Positions 1 through 12,965 of a DNA stretch of 64,000 bases are shown here, piece by piece. Made by a program: the position numbers and the translations under genes. The stretch comes from Octopus vulgaris (Eukaryota): assembly GCA_951406725.2 (NCBI GenBank), contig OX597830.1:49786001-49850000 (forward strand). The letters are read 5' to 3'. The notes beneath the pieces were generated by a model, which did not search any database, was not told the DNA's origin, and worked only from the letters and a program-made list of their open reading frames with translations. Position 1 is the stretch's first letter; each line of letters begins with the position of its first letter.

Positions 1-150
1 TACAAGCTTTTTCATTCTCTCTCTGTTTATTTTCTCTTATTCCTTTCTGTTGAAGAGCGTGGGCTCGAAACGTAAACGACTTTTCCATTTTTCCCGAGCG
101 TCAAACTAATACACTTGCTTGTTGTTCATACACCTGTCTTCGTCTTTTTT
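1..150 (+). mobile_element. Penelope pLTR-like repeat fragment with a degenerate minimal hammerhead motif (truncated by the window edge)
   Basis: CTGTTGA (47-53), stem GAGC-GTGG-GCTC (55-66), GAAA-CGT-A (67-74). A homologous, more decayed copy is at 19120-19290. Both abut (TA)n. Confidence 0.55.
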
Positions 151-152
151 TC

Positions 153-195
<43 letters not shown>

Positions 196-197
<2 letters not shown>

Positions 198-308
198 GAC
201 GAGCTCCATTCAGCTTTTGTCAACCAAAATACATTCAAAAGGCTTCGGTCGCCCTAGGTCTATAGTATAAGGCACTTGCTAGCCCGAGGTACCTTGCAAT
301 AGGACTGG
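196..308 (-). mobile_element. SINE family A fragment (degenerate 5' half)
   Basis: Reverse complement aligns with the body of the full copy at 52471-52890. Confidence 0.7.
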
Positions 309-1039
309 TATTATTAAGAGTCTCTATTATAAGTGTATATATATATGATGTAGATAGCAGAATCAGCAAATAGAAAAAATTTAAGCAGGAATAGCGAGAA
401 TACCGTGTGATGGTGGCGAATCATTTGAGGATATTGAATCCTGCGTAGTATATTGATTTTCATATTAAATATTCATGACGGGTAGTGGATAGCTAGCGAT
501 ATCAAATGCCATGCTGTGGATATGTAGCTATATCAAATGTCATGGTGAGCGAAGTTAATTCTATTATATCAATACATCTTAGTACATTTATCGGCTGCTG
601 TGATTTATTGTAGACACATTCATGTGAACACCTGACAACGACACAGAGAGAACAGGCAAATGTCAACAGCTTAGCGGGCAGAAATTGATGATTGAAATAT
701 ATAGTGTTTACACAGTGTTTTGCCGATAAGTGCTTCGTCGGTACATGTTCTTACATATGCGCAAGCGCACAGACGCAATAGTCCAGACAGACATACACAC
801 ACCACGCGTACACGCGCGCATACGCATAAAAACGCAAACAGAAAAAACATACGCATAGAAGCCTCGTCAAAGACAAATACACAGAGGAGATGTTTTATAT
901 ATTATATTTAAATATAGAAAACAGCGAAATTACAACAATAGTTATGGTCGTATGTCTACATAGAGACAGAGATGCAGACAGTCATGTGGACAGACACACA
1001 AACAGACACACGGGCAAATAGATAGATACATAGATAGAC

Positions 1040-1090
<51 letters not shown>

Positions 1091-1092
<2 letters not shown>

Positions 1093-1260
1093 TGTTTCTT
1101 TATTAGTCACACAGGGCTGCGCACACACGGGACAGATTACAAAGTAGAGCTTTTCTTTTGGGGGAGAAAAAAAAGCGGGGTAGGTTTTCGATCAAAAGGG
1201 ATCGTAAAAGGGAAAGAAAAAAAGAAAAAGAAACGATCAATAGGGATCGTGTATCACAGA
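1091..1260 (-). mobile_element. 3' UTR fragment of a Tx1/L1-like LINE inserted in (GATA)n
   Basis: Minus strand ends GCAGCCCTGTGTGACTAATAAAGAAA, similar to the LINE tail at 14888-14913. Confidence 0.55.
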
Positions 1261-1274
1261 GATAGATAGACAGT

Positions 1275-1328
<54 letters not shown>

Positions 1329-1373
1329 TACATAGATAGACAGACAGACAGACAGATAGACAGACAGACAGAC

Positions 1374-1509
<136 letters not shown>

Positions 1510-1582
1510 TTCAGTCAGGTGAGCATAGTAATCAAATTGAAAAAGAACTGGATCATACAAAGAGAGTCAGTATATTTTATGT

Positions 1583-1677
1583 TTATTGCTTTCTACGACA
1601 TGGTCCAAATGTTATAACTTTTACTGATGAAGCTGAAGTCGAAACATCTGGCCATATTGTATTCTGTAAAAGGACAT
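1583..1677 (+). ncRNA. Degenerate type III hammerhead-like motif
   Basis: CTGATGA at 1624-1630 and GAAA at 1641-1644. TGGTCCAAATGT pairs with ACATCTGGCCA as a long helix III. Stems I and II are imperfect. Confidence 0.4.
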
Positions 1678-1679
1678 GT

Positions 1680-1790
1680 ACGTATGTATGTATGTATGTA
1701 TGTATGTATGTATGTATGTATGTATGTATGTATGTATGTATGTATGTATGTGTGTGTGTATGTATGTATGTATGTATGCATGTATGTATG

Positions 1791-1824
<34 letters not shown>

Positions 1825-1944
1825 TGCATGTATGAATGTATGTATGTATGTATGTATGAATGTATGTATGTATGTGTGTGTATGCATGTATGTATGCATG
1901 TATGTATGTATGTATATATGTATGTATGTATGTATGCATGTATG

Positions 1945-1978
<34 letters not shown>

Positions 1979-2220
1979 TGTATGTATGTATGTATGCATG
2001 CATGTATGTATGTATGTATGTATGTATGTATGCATGTATGTATGTATGTATGTATGTATGTATGCATGCATTCATGTATGTATGTATATATGTATGTATG
2101 TATGTATGCATGTAGGTATGTATGTATGTATGTATGTATATATGTATGTATGTATACATGTATGTATGTATATATGTATGTATGTATGTGTGTATGCATG
2201 TATGTATGCGTATATATATG
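1680..2220. repeat. (TATG)n microsatellite array with variants
   Basis: Directly visible. Confidence 0.97.
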
Positions 2221-2447
2221 CAGCGAGATGGAGAGAGAATGAAAGAGAGTACCATTTCGGACAAAACAACAGCTAATACCTCACGACTGATATCGGTGAC
2301 TAAAAATTTTAAAAACAAAACATTAAGATTATAAACAAATATAGGATATGTCCACCAAATAGAACCAATGACTGCAATGTACTTGAAACATTACTAATCT
2401 TTATATAGTATAATTACATTTTATTGTCAAAATGTAAATAGAGATAA

Positions 2448-3435
2448 GTGTGGTTATGCGGTAAGAAGCTTGCCCTCCCGTCCCGTCGCAAAGGGGAAGA
2501 GAAAAAGAAGAATGAAAAAGAATGGGACATCGCGGCTCTTGATGGTGAACTGTCGTCATGCCCGGAAACTTTGTCGCTGGGATGTGTGCCACCGACAGAG
2601 GAAACAGCAGCCCCTCCCAGGAGACATGATTTTGTGATCTTCTTCCAGAAGACAGGGGCAATACAGTGCTACGTAGGGATGCTGGAGGACCGGAGGGAGG
2701 AGCCCATGCTCTGGACAGAGGACGAGGAGTGGCCTTCGCAGGTGACTACGGAGGTCATATCGGATGTCGCTATGGTCAGGGTGGTGAACACCTCCTCAAA
2801 GGACATGCTTAGATACACCTTATGGGGCCCAGCCCTGGAGCTGGAGCATTGCCTAAGGGAAGCTTACAGCCTGATCTGGGAGGAGGGGCTTTGTGTATAG
2901 TATTTATATATATTATATGTAATTATTGAACTATGTTGTTGATTGTAATGGACTGTTAAGTCCAAAAGTTGAAAAGTTGTAAAAGTTGTAAGAGGTTTAA
3001 TACCACGTGTTGTGTTTGGTTTTAAAGAACAATGTCTTAGAAAAGCAAAAGTCGGCGGACGCTTTTTGTCTTCTCCCATCCTTATCATCTTTCTTTCATT
3101 ATCATTCATTTCATTAATGTCCTTGTCCAGCCCGCAAGCTGCCTTACTCTATGTACTGCCTTTATGGCAAATATAATGAAATAAAGAAGCTTGCTTTCCA
3201 ACCACATGGTTACGGGTTGGGCAAGTGTCTTCTACCATAGCCTCAGGTCGACCAAAACCTTGCAAGCGGATTTGATTAGAGGAAACTGAAAGAATCCCAT
3301 CGTATGTGTGTGTGTATATGTGTGTGTGTATGTGTTTCGTGTCTGAGGTTTTTTTCCCACCACTACTTGACAACAGATGTTGATGTGTTTACGTCCCTAT
3401 AACATAGTGGTTCGGCAAAAGATATCGATAGAGTA
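2448..3435 (+). mobile_element. SINE family A copy split by an insertion at 2474-3183
   Basis: The head GTGGTTATGCGGTAAGAAGCTTGC resumes at 3184 as AAGAAGCTTGCTTTCCAACCACATGG. Confidence 0.85.
2474..3183 (+). mobile_element. 5'-truncated retroposon with an open ORF C-terminus (to 2900) and 3' UTR, related to the ORF1-only element at 15295-17312
   Basis: 11-bp TSD AAGAAGCTTGC (2463-2473 / 3184-3194). The 3' end TGCCTTTATGGCAAATATAATGAAAT matches the minus-strand end near 15295. Confidence 0.75.
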
Positions 3436-4431
3436 TTGTGGTGGCGGCAGTGGCAGCACTGATAAATTAATGAGTCACTTGTTAAGGTTAGCTCATCAGA
3501 TATTATAGAGAAATATATTTTTTCACGACGTTTTTGTTTGTTTGTTTGTTTGATTGTTTACATCTGACGTCTCAGATACGAAACGTCGTAAAAAAATTAG
3601 TGCTGGCTATAAGTTGTATACAATATCTGTAGAGATAGCCTTAACAAGAGATGTAATGCGCCCTGCCAACAGAGTAGAACACGGCATTGGCTTATAAAAA
3701 CGTTCAATATACTTTATAATATATCATGGTTGCATAATGAAACACCGCGTCCCGACAAGTCATTAAAATTCCGATAGTTATGGGTAGACTTTGCTACCAG
3801 TAGAATTCAGGAGTTGAGCTGTGTCACACACACACCCGACGTCAAACTCAATAATGATGTAGACATAACTGATGAAAAAAATGTTTTCAATTTTCTTTCA
3901 ATGACGAGGTGTTTGTTGTGGTCTTCCTTTATCAAAACCAAATCATTAACGCCATAAACCGTTTGATAAAGTGACATTCAAATCAATAGAATTTTGTATG
4001 GAACTTCCGTTAATAAAAATATCTTTGGAAATAGGAATAATTATTATAAAAGTAATTTCCTCGAATCTTGGAATAATTTTCTTGAGTAGTATTAATTTGT
4101 AGTATTCCTAAGGAACGTAATTAAACCTGTTGAAGATTACCTCATTGTTCTCAATAAACATTATAACTTCATAGTTTTGCCCCATTTTCTTTGTTTTTCT
4201 GTTATTTTTCTCACAAATTACCAGGAATAATGATGGGTTTCTAAAATAGTTGCTTGTGATCTTTGATCTTCAGTTTTAAAGAATTTCATGATTTCAATGT
4301 TATATATATAGCATTGAAATAATTATATACTTAAATGCACATACAAACATACATTGACATACATACACGCAGTTTATATACATATATGCATTTATATATA
4401 TATATATATGTATATATATAGTATATATATA

Positions 4432-4466
<35 letters not shown>

Positions 4467-5142
4467 TATATATGTATATATAAAGTATATATATATATAC
4501 ACGCACGCATAGACACACATACACACACACAGAACATTTTCTCTTTGTACTGGTGAATGACATAAGCGAAAGTGTCACCATAGCGTCTGATGTCGCTTCT
4601 CATGCTAAAAATACGGCAATATTTATTGAACGATGCATCTCTAAACGTAAATATATGAATGTGTATCAATATACCCATAGGTAATACCGTATCTACATAT
4701 ATATTAATATATAGCTACATGTGTGTGTTTCATTACAACTGTATGCATTGGTATAAATGTATGTATAGGCATATCTCTATTTGTCAGTGTATGTCTGTCA
4801 GTACAGCCATATGTGTCAGTATATTTATATACCTCTATGTACCAGTATAGCAATATGTACCAGTGGAGTAGAGAGGACCCCACTATCTTCAATGCTGCTT
4901 TTAATGCCAAATAACAACAGTTTCTGTATTTAGAAACCTATCATTGTGGGAATCAGTCCAAAAGTTTGCCACAAATATACCCATTAATGGTAAACTTCCT
5001 AATTACAGACCAAAACGGGAAAGAAATGCTTTATTAGTTTTGATATTTTTTCTCGCTCTTCCGCACCTTCTCTCACCTTCTCTATTTCTCAATCTCTTAA
5101 TTCCTCCCTCCTTCTCTTTCTCTCTCTTCATATCTATCTATG

Positions 5143-5221
<79 letters not shown>

Positions 5222-5222
5222 T

Positions 5223-5291
<69 letters not shown>

Positions 5292-5408
5292 CCATACATA
5301 TATATATACATACATATATATATATATGCATATATATATACACATATATATATATTTACATATTTGTATATATAGCAATAAAGAGGTGAGATAGAAAATA
5401 CACAGATT

Positions 5409-5505
<97 letters not shown>

Positions 5506-5652
5506 TTGACGCAATAAGTGTTTGTAAACTTCGAAAGAGTGAGAATGTCTATTTTATTTATTTATTTTGGGGGCAACATGTAGAGGTGTATACATGTTCA
5601 ATCTCATGCGGACGTCTCATGTATATTTCTGCAAATTATGGGTAGCAAAGAC

Positions 5653-5726
5653 GATCACACTGATGAGTTGCGGATAATTACGTAAATGATTACGTAAGCG
5701 TTAACAACGAAACCTGGTTTGTGATT
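5653..5726 (+). ncRNA. Type I hammerhead ribozyme candidate with intact catalytic core
   Basis: Stem I GATCACA/TGTGATT, CTGATGA (5660-5666), stem II GTTG...CAAC, GAAA (5709-5712), minimal helix III ACC-T-GGT, cleavage triplet GTT. Confidence 0.75.
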
Positions 5727-5921
5727 AATCTATATTTTGTATCTTTTCATTTGCCTTCCTTGCTTACGTTCTGGCATTTGCTAACTTTTCGTGAGAACCT
5801 TCCTTTCTAAGTGGTATGACCATAGCGTATCTTCTTCTAGCATAATGGAAGTCCACTTACAGATCAACCCTCTTATATGTATGTAATATATACATATATA
5901 TATATATATATTTTTATATAT

Positions 5922-6177
5922 TGTAGGGAAATGGCGCTCCACTTCCCACATGACAAAGTGGTATGAGTCAACAACAAAAAATCAGACAGTGATATATACG
6001 AGATCAGGTTACCGTCAAGGTAGACGTTTGAAAGTCGTTGTTTTGCGGAGCTATCAGCGATATCCCGATAGGCGAGTCAAAGATTATAAGACGCGGAATA
6101 CCGCCACGACATAATAGTAATGACACGAATATTACAGTGCCGACAAGAACATAAAAGCATACGACGATTCACATTAT

Positions 6178-6181
<4 letters not shown>
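5922..6181 (+). mobile_element. Possible solo LTR
   Basis: 260-bp complex island TGTA...AACA inside (TA)n with a TATA-like ATTATAAG. Flanks TATAT/AATAT form only an imperfect TSD. Confidence 0.3.
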
Positions 6182-6240
<59 letters not shown>

Positions 6241-6254
<14 letters not shown>

Positions 6255-6286
6255 TCATACCTATCTAACTCTTTCTCTCCCTATCT

Positions 6287-6350
<64 letters not shown>

Positions 6351-6375
6351 GTATACATACATATATATGTATATA

Positions 6376-6427
<52 letters not shown>

Positions 6428-6433
6428 TACATA

Positions 6434-6473
<40 letters not shown>

Positions 6474-6522
6474 AAGAGATAGAGAGAGAAAGAGTTAGAT
6501 AGGTATGAATATATACATATAC
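6241..6522. repeat. Inverted repeat (~55-bp arms) enclosing a (TA)n-rich spacer
   Basis: ATTCATACCTATCTAACTCTTTCTCTC pairs with GAGAGAAAGAGTTAGATAGGTATGAAT. Confidence 0.9.
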
Positions 6523-6632
6523 ATAAATATTATATATACGCACACATATATATATATATTATATAGTTATATATCTATACATATACACACGCAGATAATA
6601 TATATATATAAGTATATATATATATAAGTATA

Positions 6633-6663
<31 letters not shown>

Positions 6664-7567
6664 GCATTCATTGTATGTTTAGCTATGTTTATATAACAGT
6701 GTATGTTATAAACTTTAGTTTCTTTTTAATTTAGCACTAAAATTGATATGTATAATAGCCGGAAGCTAATGTCGTTGAATACCTATTGTGTTGCTGAGAC
6801 ACGTCTCTTATAAAATTATAGGAACACAAATTTAAAAATATATGTGTATATATAGCAATGATATAGTTAACTTTGTTTAATATCAAAACACCGTATAGAT
6901 TGGAAGATTTCTCGCTAAAGAATACTTGTCGGTATAATTGGCAATTTTTCCTGTTATCGCCTTTGGCAGGATTGACATCTAATCTGATCAAAGCAATAAC
7001 AATCTTACCTGATTTTTATCTGGTAGCTGCAGAATTAAATATATTACTTAATATATATTGATTTCTAGAACTGGAGCACACACATTTGCCGATTGTATCA
7101 ACCGCCACATGGGAGAATGTTGAAGATATTACAGCAACACAGGTATTTTTGAAATGGGTTCATTTTATCGCTCCCCCGTAAGGATAAAAGGTACACCTGA
7201 CACTGATGACGTTTCGACTTTCAAACGTAAGCATTCGTAATAAAGTGTGGCAACAACAAATTTGATCTATCAATTTTTGTGTTTGCTAAAGGCCGGCCAT
7301 AGTGGTTTTGCATATAAGTGTGTGTGCACGTGAATAAATACACATGCATATATGTATGCATGTATGTATGTATGTATGTATGTATGTACATATGTATATA
7401 TATGCATATATGTTTGTATTTTTGTGTGTATATATGTATCTATGTATGTATCTATGCGCATACATATATATTTGCAAGAATACCTATGCATGCATATATA
7501 TATATGTATATATATATTTGTATACATACATATATATGTGCAAGAATACCTATACATTTATATATAT

Positions 7568-7608
<41 letters not shown>

Positions 7609-7629
7609 CCTATATATATATATATATAT

Positions 7630-7683
<54 letters not shown>

Positions 7684-8055
7684 GCAGTATATGTGTGTGT
7701 GTGTATCTAAATGCTATACATACCAAAAGTTATTCTTCTTTCAGATAAATTTTGCGAGTTTATTTTGGTCCTGCTGTTGTTTAGTCCCAGGTCAGGTGTG
7801 ATCAAGACCATTAGTTTGTATTACTTATCCCCCTGTAGGTTTTCTGCAATATACTTATGTACATCGGTATGTGCTTCTATAAGTTTTTTATTGACACCCA
7901 CCCACATATGAATAGGTATAATTATACATATATAAATATGTATTAATATATAGATATATGCATAAATATGTGTGTATACAAATATATGCATATATATAAA
8001 AGGCATATATACACATGTGTGTGTGCGTGGATGTCTGGATGTGTGTGTACTTGTG

Positions 8056-8086
<31 letters not shown>

Positions 8087-9490
8087 GCGTGTGTGTATAA
8101 GCATTCGCATGTATATATGTGTATATATACACAACTATATAAATATATAAATATCTATTTATCTCTCCCTCTCTCCCTCTCTCTCTATATATATATATAT
8201 AAATATATATGCATACATGCATACAAGCAAATGTATATTTTTATATATGTATGGATGTATGTATATGCATATGTACATATCTGTATATATTCGAAAGACT
8301 TTCTCTTATTTTTTTCATTTACCAACAATCCGCTTACTCGTGATCCTCTCATAGAAGACAATTCTCAAACAGTGTCGTACTACGGGATCAACCTGCAACC
8401 ATCTACTTACAAAGCCGATGTCTTAATCACCAAGCCATTTCTCCCCTCCATTCTATTATTCAACAATCCTCACACCATTTGCCCATGTTACACACAAAAT
8501 CCTTTTAACTGCTTAATATAGTCATCGGCGAAATGTGGATTACATCACGCTATCGATCAGAAATACATACTGGCGTCCATTTTGTTAATGTCTCGCCTGG
8601 CTAAGCACGTGATGGTAGCCATTTTAGTTGTCCACTTTTAGCAAAAGCCCACATTTGAAATGTCAATAATTCAACCTATCAATCATAATCTATTAAAAAA
8701 AATCTTATCTGCATAAATAGTTACCTTGCTATCATCGTGCAACAATCTATATGTGTGTATTTGTAGTAATGTAGCTTTATTATTAATCTTTATTCCTTAC
8801 TATCTCCAGCAACATCGCTCCTTTCCTCACCACCACCGCTCCCTTCTTCCTCACTACTACCCCAACTCGTTCATCGTCTACGTTTTCTGCTTCGTCACCA
8901 TTACTCATTTTGCAGCATTCTGTGCCACCATATCTTCCCTCATTACCTCTACTAATACTTCCACTACTACCACCACCAACAACAACAACAATACTACAAC
9001 AACAGGCCACTAACTCCTACGTTACCAAAAATATCTATCTCAATAGCCATTTGGATCGAATTGCAGTTTTCTATAGAAATATCTGCAAACAATGTTTGAT
9101 GTTATTCTTTGCCTTCAACGTTGTCATTACAACCGTAAGCACCATCACAAAAATGCATTTCAAAGTACAAAATGTTTAAAAATAATACACAGAAAGAAAA
9201 ACACGAAACAAAAACACACTTTTAAAGTGATATTTAGATATTTGTTTCAATGGATGTCATCAAGGAAGTGGTTTTGTCTATTTAATTATTTTTCTGTTTT
9301 ACTCCAAGCAATTTCATTTTGATTTAAATGACAATCAAAATTCCAGACTATCTATCTATCTATCTTTCTATCTATCTATCTACCTATCTATTTATCTATC
9401 TATCTCTTTATGTGTGTATATGTCTGTATGTATGTATGTAGATGTAAACGTATATGTATATGCATATGCATATAGGTGTATATATATATA

Positions 9491-9541
<51 letters not shown>

Positions 9542-9846
9542 GTGCCTGTGTTTGAGTGTGCGTATGTGTGTGTGTGCTTATGTGTTTCTATGTGTGTGTT
9601 CGTTCTTAGAGCCGGCCCTGCTAACTGATTAATTTTCTATTTCTCTTTTATTCTACTTTATCTATTGTTGTCCATGTGTAGGAGTCTTGTATTGTTAGGT
9701 TCTTGTTTTCAGAAGAAGAACTGTATAAACAGACTAAACCTTCAATGGAATAAATACACTTGCTTCAATAGCCATGTTTCATTTGAAGAAATCCACTTGT
9801 TTGGTGGATTCATCTTTCTTTTCCTTTTTATATTCTACTTGCTTCA

Positions 9847-10040
9847 ATCATTAGACTGCAGCCATGCTGAGGTACCGCCTTTAAAAGTTTTTAGTGGAAT
9901 ATATCGACCCCGATTCTTATTCATTTTTAAAAGCCTGGTACTTATTTTTTCAGTCAGTTTTGCTGAACAGGTAGGGTATTGGTACCTAAACACATCAACA
10001 CCAGTTTCCAAGTGGTGGTGGGAGACAAACAGACACAATG
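9847..10040 (-). mobile_element. SINE family A, 3' half
   Basis: Reverse complement of the family A 3' body (CAGCATGGC...CAGTC...ATGA). Confidence 0.7.
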
Positions 10041-10078
10041 ACACACACACATATATACATATACATATGTGTATATAT

Positions 10079-10116
<38 letters not shown>

Positions 10117-10118
10117 GT

Positions 10119-10179
<61 letters not shown>

Positions 10180-10196
10180 CATATATATATATATAT

Positions 10197-10476
10197 ATAT
10201 AAGCGGGATCAGCCATCTGAATGTGGCTAGGGACAGGGCAGGGGTGGTGGGGTGTTACTGATGCATTTAGCCCCAGGTGACTATCGACGTCACCAGAAGA
10301 GCCGACACCATCACGGTGTTCTTGCTAGCCTGCAAAGGGAGATCATAGCAAGGGCACCGTGATGGTGTCGGCTCTTCTGGTGACGTCGATAGTCGCCTGG
10401 GGCTAAATGCATCAGTAACACCACCACCACCCCGCCCTGTCCCTAGCCACATTCAGATGGCTGATCCCGCTTATAT
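10197..10476. repeat. GC-rich near-perfect palindrome (~130-bp arms, 18-nt loop), MITE/foldback-like, next to (TA)n
   Basis: Arms 10197-10327 and 10346-10476 differ at about 5 positions. Confidence 0.95.
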
Positions 10477-10639
10477 TATAGAGCAGTTACTGTTTATACC
10501 TCGCTCAGAGATTTATTATTGTTATATATATATACATATATATATATATACATACATATATATATACATACATATATACATACATATATATACATATATA
10601 TATATACATACATATATACATACATATATACATATATAT

Positions 10640-10704
<65 letters not shown>

Positions 10705-10705
10705 C

Positions 10706-10736
<31 letters not shown>

Positions 10737-10829
10737 CATACATATATATATATATCTATACACATATATATATATACATACATACACATACATATATATA
10801 CATACATACACATACATATATATACATAC

Positions 10830-10910
<81 letters not shown>

Positions 10911-11119
10911 TATATACATACATATATATATATATATATACATACATACATATATATATGAGTGTATGCATGAGAGAACTATCTGGATGTAAGAGTGTGT
11001 GTGTGTGTGTGTGTGTGTAGTTTTCCCGAACTGAAACGCAATTCCCCAGATTATTCTTCTTGCCTGACCTCATTTCAATCTTTGAATCCCAATAATTTCA
11101 CAGACTAAATTAATAATTT

Positions 11120-11328
11120 CATATTTTGGCACAAGACCATCACTTACTTGAGAAGGTGTAAGTCGATTACACCGACCCAGTTTTCAACTGGAACTTACTT
11201 TATCGCCTTCGAAAGGATGAAAGGCAAAGCCAGCCTCGGCGGAGTTTGAACAAAAGACGTAAAAACGGGCAAAAATACCGCTAAGCATTTTTCCTGGTGT
11301 AATAACGATTCTACCAGATTGCCGCCTT
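11120..11328 (-). mobile_element. SINE family B (tRNA-derived, Meta-domain-like core)
   Basis: Reverse complement contains GCCTTTCATCCTTTCG...GATAAA..AAGT.CCAGT. Confidence 0.8.
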
Positions 11329-11368
11329 TTTCCCCAGTATTACCTACTAACCGAAGTTTTCAATATAT

Positions 11369-11408
<40 letters not shown>

Positions 11409-11456
11409 TATGTATGTTTGCATGTACGCATGTGTATATGTATATATAAATATATA

Positions 11457-11794
11457 GGCGCAGGAGTGGCTGTGTGGTAAATGGCTTACCAGTCACATGG
11501 TTCCGGATTCTGTCCCACTGCGTGGCATCTTGGGCACGTGTCTTCTACTATAGCCTTGTGAGTGGATTTGGTAGACGGAAACTGAATGAATCCCGTCGTA
11601 TATATGAATGTATGTGTGTGTGTGTGTGTGTGTGTTTTGTGTGTGTATGTGTTTGTATGTGTGAGTGCACATGTTTGTGTGTCTGAGTTTGTGCCCCTAA
11701 CATCGCTTGACAACCAATGCTGGTGTGTTTACGTCCCCGTAACTTAGCGGTTCGGCAAAGGGGACTCATATAATAAGTACTAGGCTTACAAAGA

Positions 11795-11797
<3 letters not shown>
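11457..11797 (+). mobile_element. SINE family A with internal (TA)(TG) microsatellite, 3'-truncated
   Basis: GGCGCAGGAGTGGCTGTGTGGTAA head; aligns with 52471-52890. Confidence 0.9.
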
Positions 11798-11830
<33 letters not shown>

Positions 11831-11893
11831 AATTAGAGAGAGAGAGTGGTAAATAGAGAGAGAAAGAGAGTGCGAGTGAGGTAAATAGATAAG

Positions 11894-11973
<80 letters not shown>

Positions 11974-12477
11974 CAAACAGATAGAAAGATAGATAGATTA
12001 ACTCATGTGTGATTGTGAATTTATTCACGCACATGTTCATTAATCCATTATCATGTATATGGATGTTAGCGATTCTGTGTGGATGTATGTGTTTGTGTTG
12101 TGCCTGTGTGAGTTTATGTGTGAGTGTGTGCCTGTTTAAGAAGCTATTAGTTTCTATGAAGCTGCAGGGGAAAGACCATTTATTAATTCTTCAGTGAAAT
12201 TCTTCCTCAATATCGGACGAAGACAGCATCACTAAAAATAGGAACAACTGTGGAAGCAATGAAGCAGTTAGATTACTGATTGGTGAACACCAATTGTTTT
12301 CGCCTGGATCTTATGCTACAATGAGATGCGTGAAGCCAGTTTTATTCATCACGGGTTCACAGACAAAGTAGACCGGATTTTGTTTTTGTATCGATGCAAG
12401 ACCTCGATTTTATATAAAGAATAATTATGGGTTGGTCATCAGTATTTTTCTCTGTTTTTATCATTTAGGTCAGGAAA

Positions 12478-12965
12478 GGCGGCAAGCCGGCAAAACCGTT
12501 AGAACGCCGAAAGAGACGCTAAGCGGCATTTCGTCCGTCTTTACATTTTGAGTTCAAATTCCGCCGACTTTGTTTGTCAGTCTTTTGGGGTCGATGATAC
12601 AAGTGTCAGTTCTGCACTGGATTCGATGTAATCCACTAGTATTCTCTCCCAAAATTTCAGGCTTTCTCCTTTAGTAGAAAGAAATATTTAGGCCAGGGGA
12701 AAGGCTGCGAGCTGATAGAGTCGTTAGTACACAGAACAAAAAGTTTAGCAGCGTTTCGCCTGTCTTCACTTTTTCAGTCCAAGTTCCGTCGATAAAATAA
12801 ATACCAGTTTAGCACTGGGGTCGATATCATAGACTAGTCCTCGGCCAAAAAATTGCAGGCTCTGTGCCAAAACTTAAAGCCATTATTGTTGCTAAAGCGG
12901 AACTGTCAGAACACCGGGAAAACTGTTTGGCGGCATTTTGTCCGTCTTTACGTTCTGAGTTCAAT
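12478..12965 (+). mobile_element. Two head-to-tail degenerate family B SINEs plus a third head
   Basis: Heads near 12478, 12703 and 12897; B-box GAGTTCAAATTCC. Confidence 0.75.

Noticed and set aside
7203-7232. CTGATGA followed by the hairpin CGTTT...AAACG
   Set aside because: No GAAA or helix III; it lies in a decayed minus-strand SINE.
11474-11769. Recurrent short ORFs such as [20 protein letters not shown] (also at 3149, 26225, 35202, 42143, 42712 and 52458)
   Set aside because: Antisense translations of SINE family A, not a gene family.
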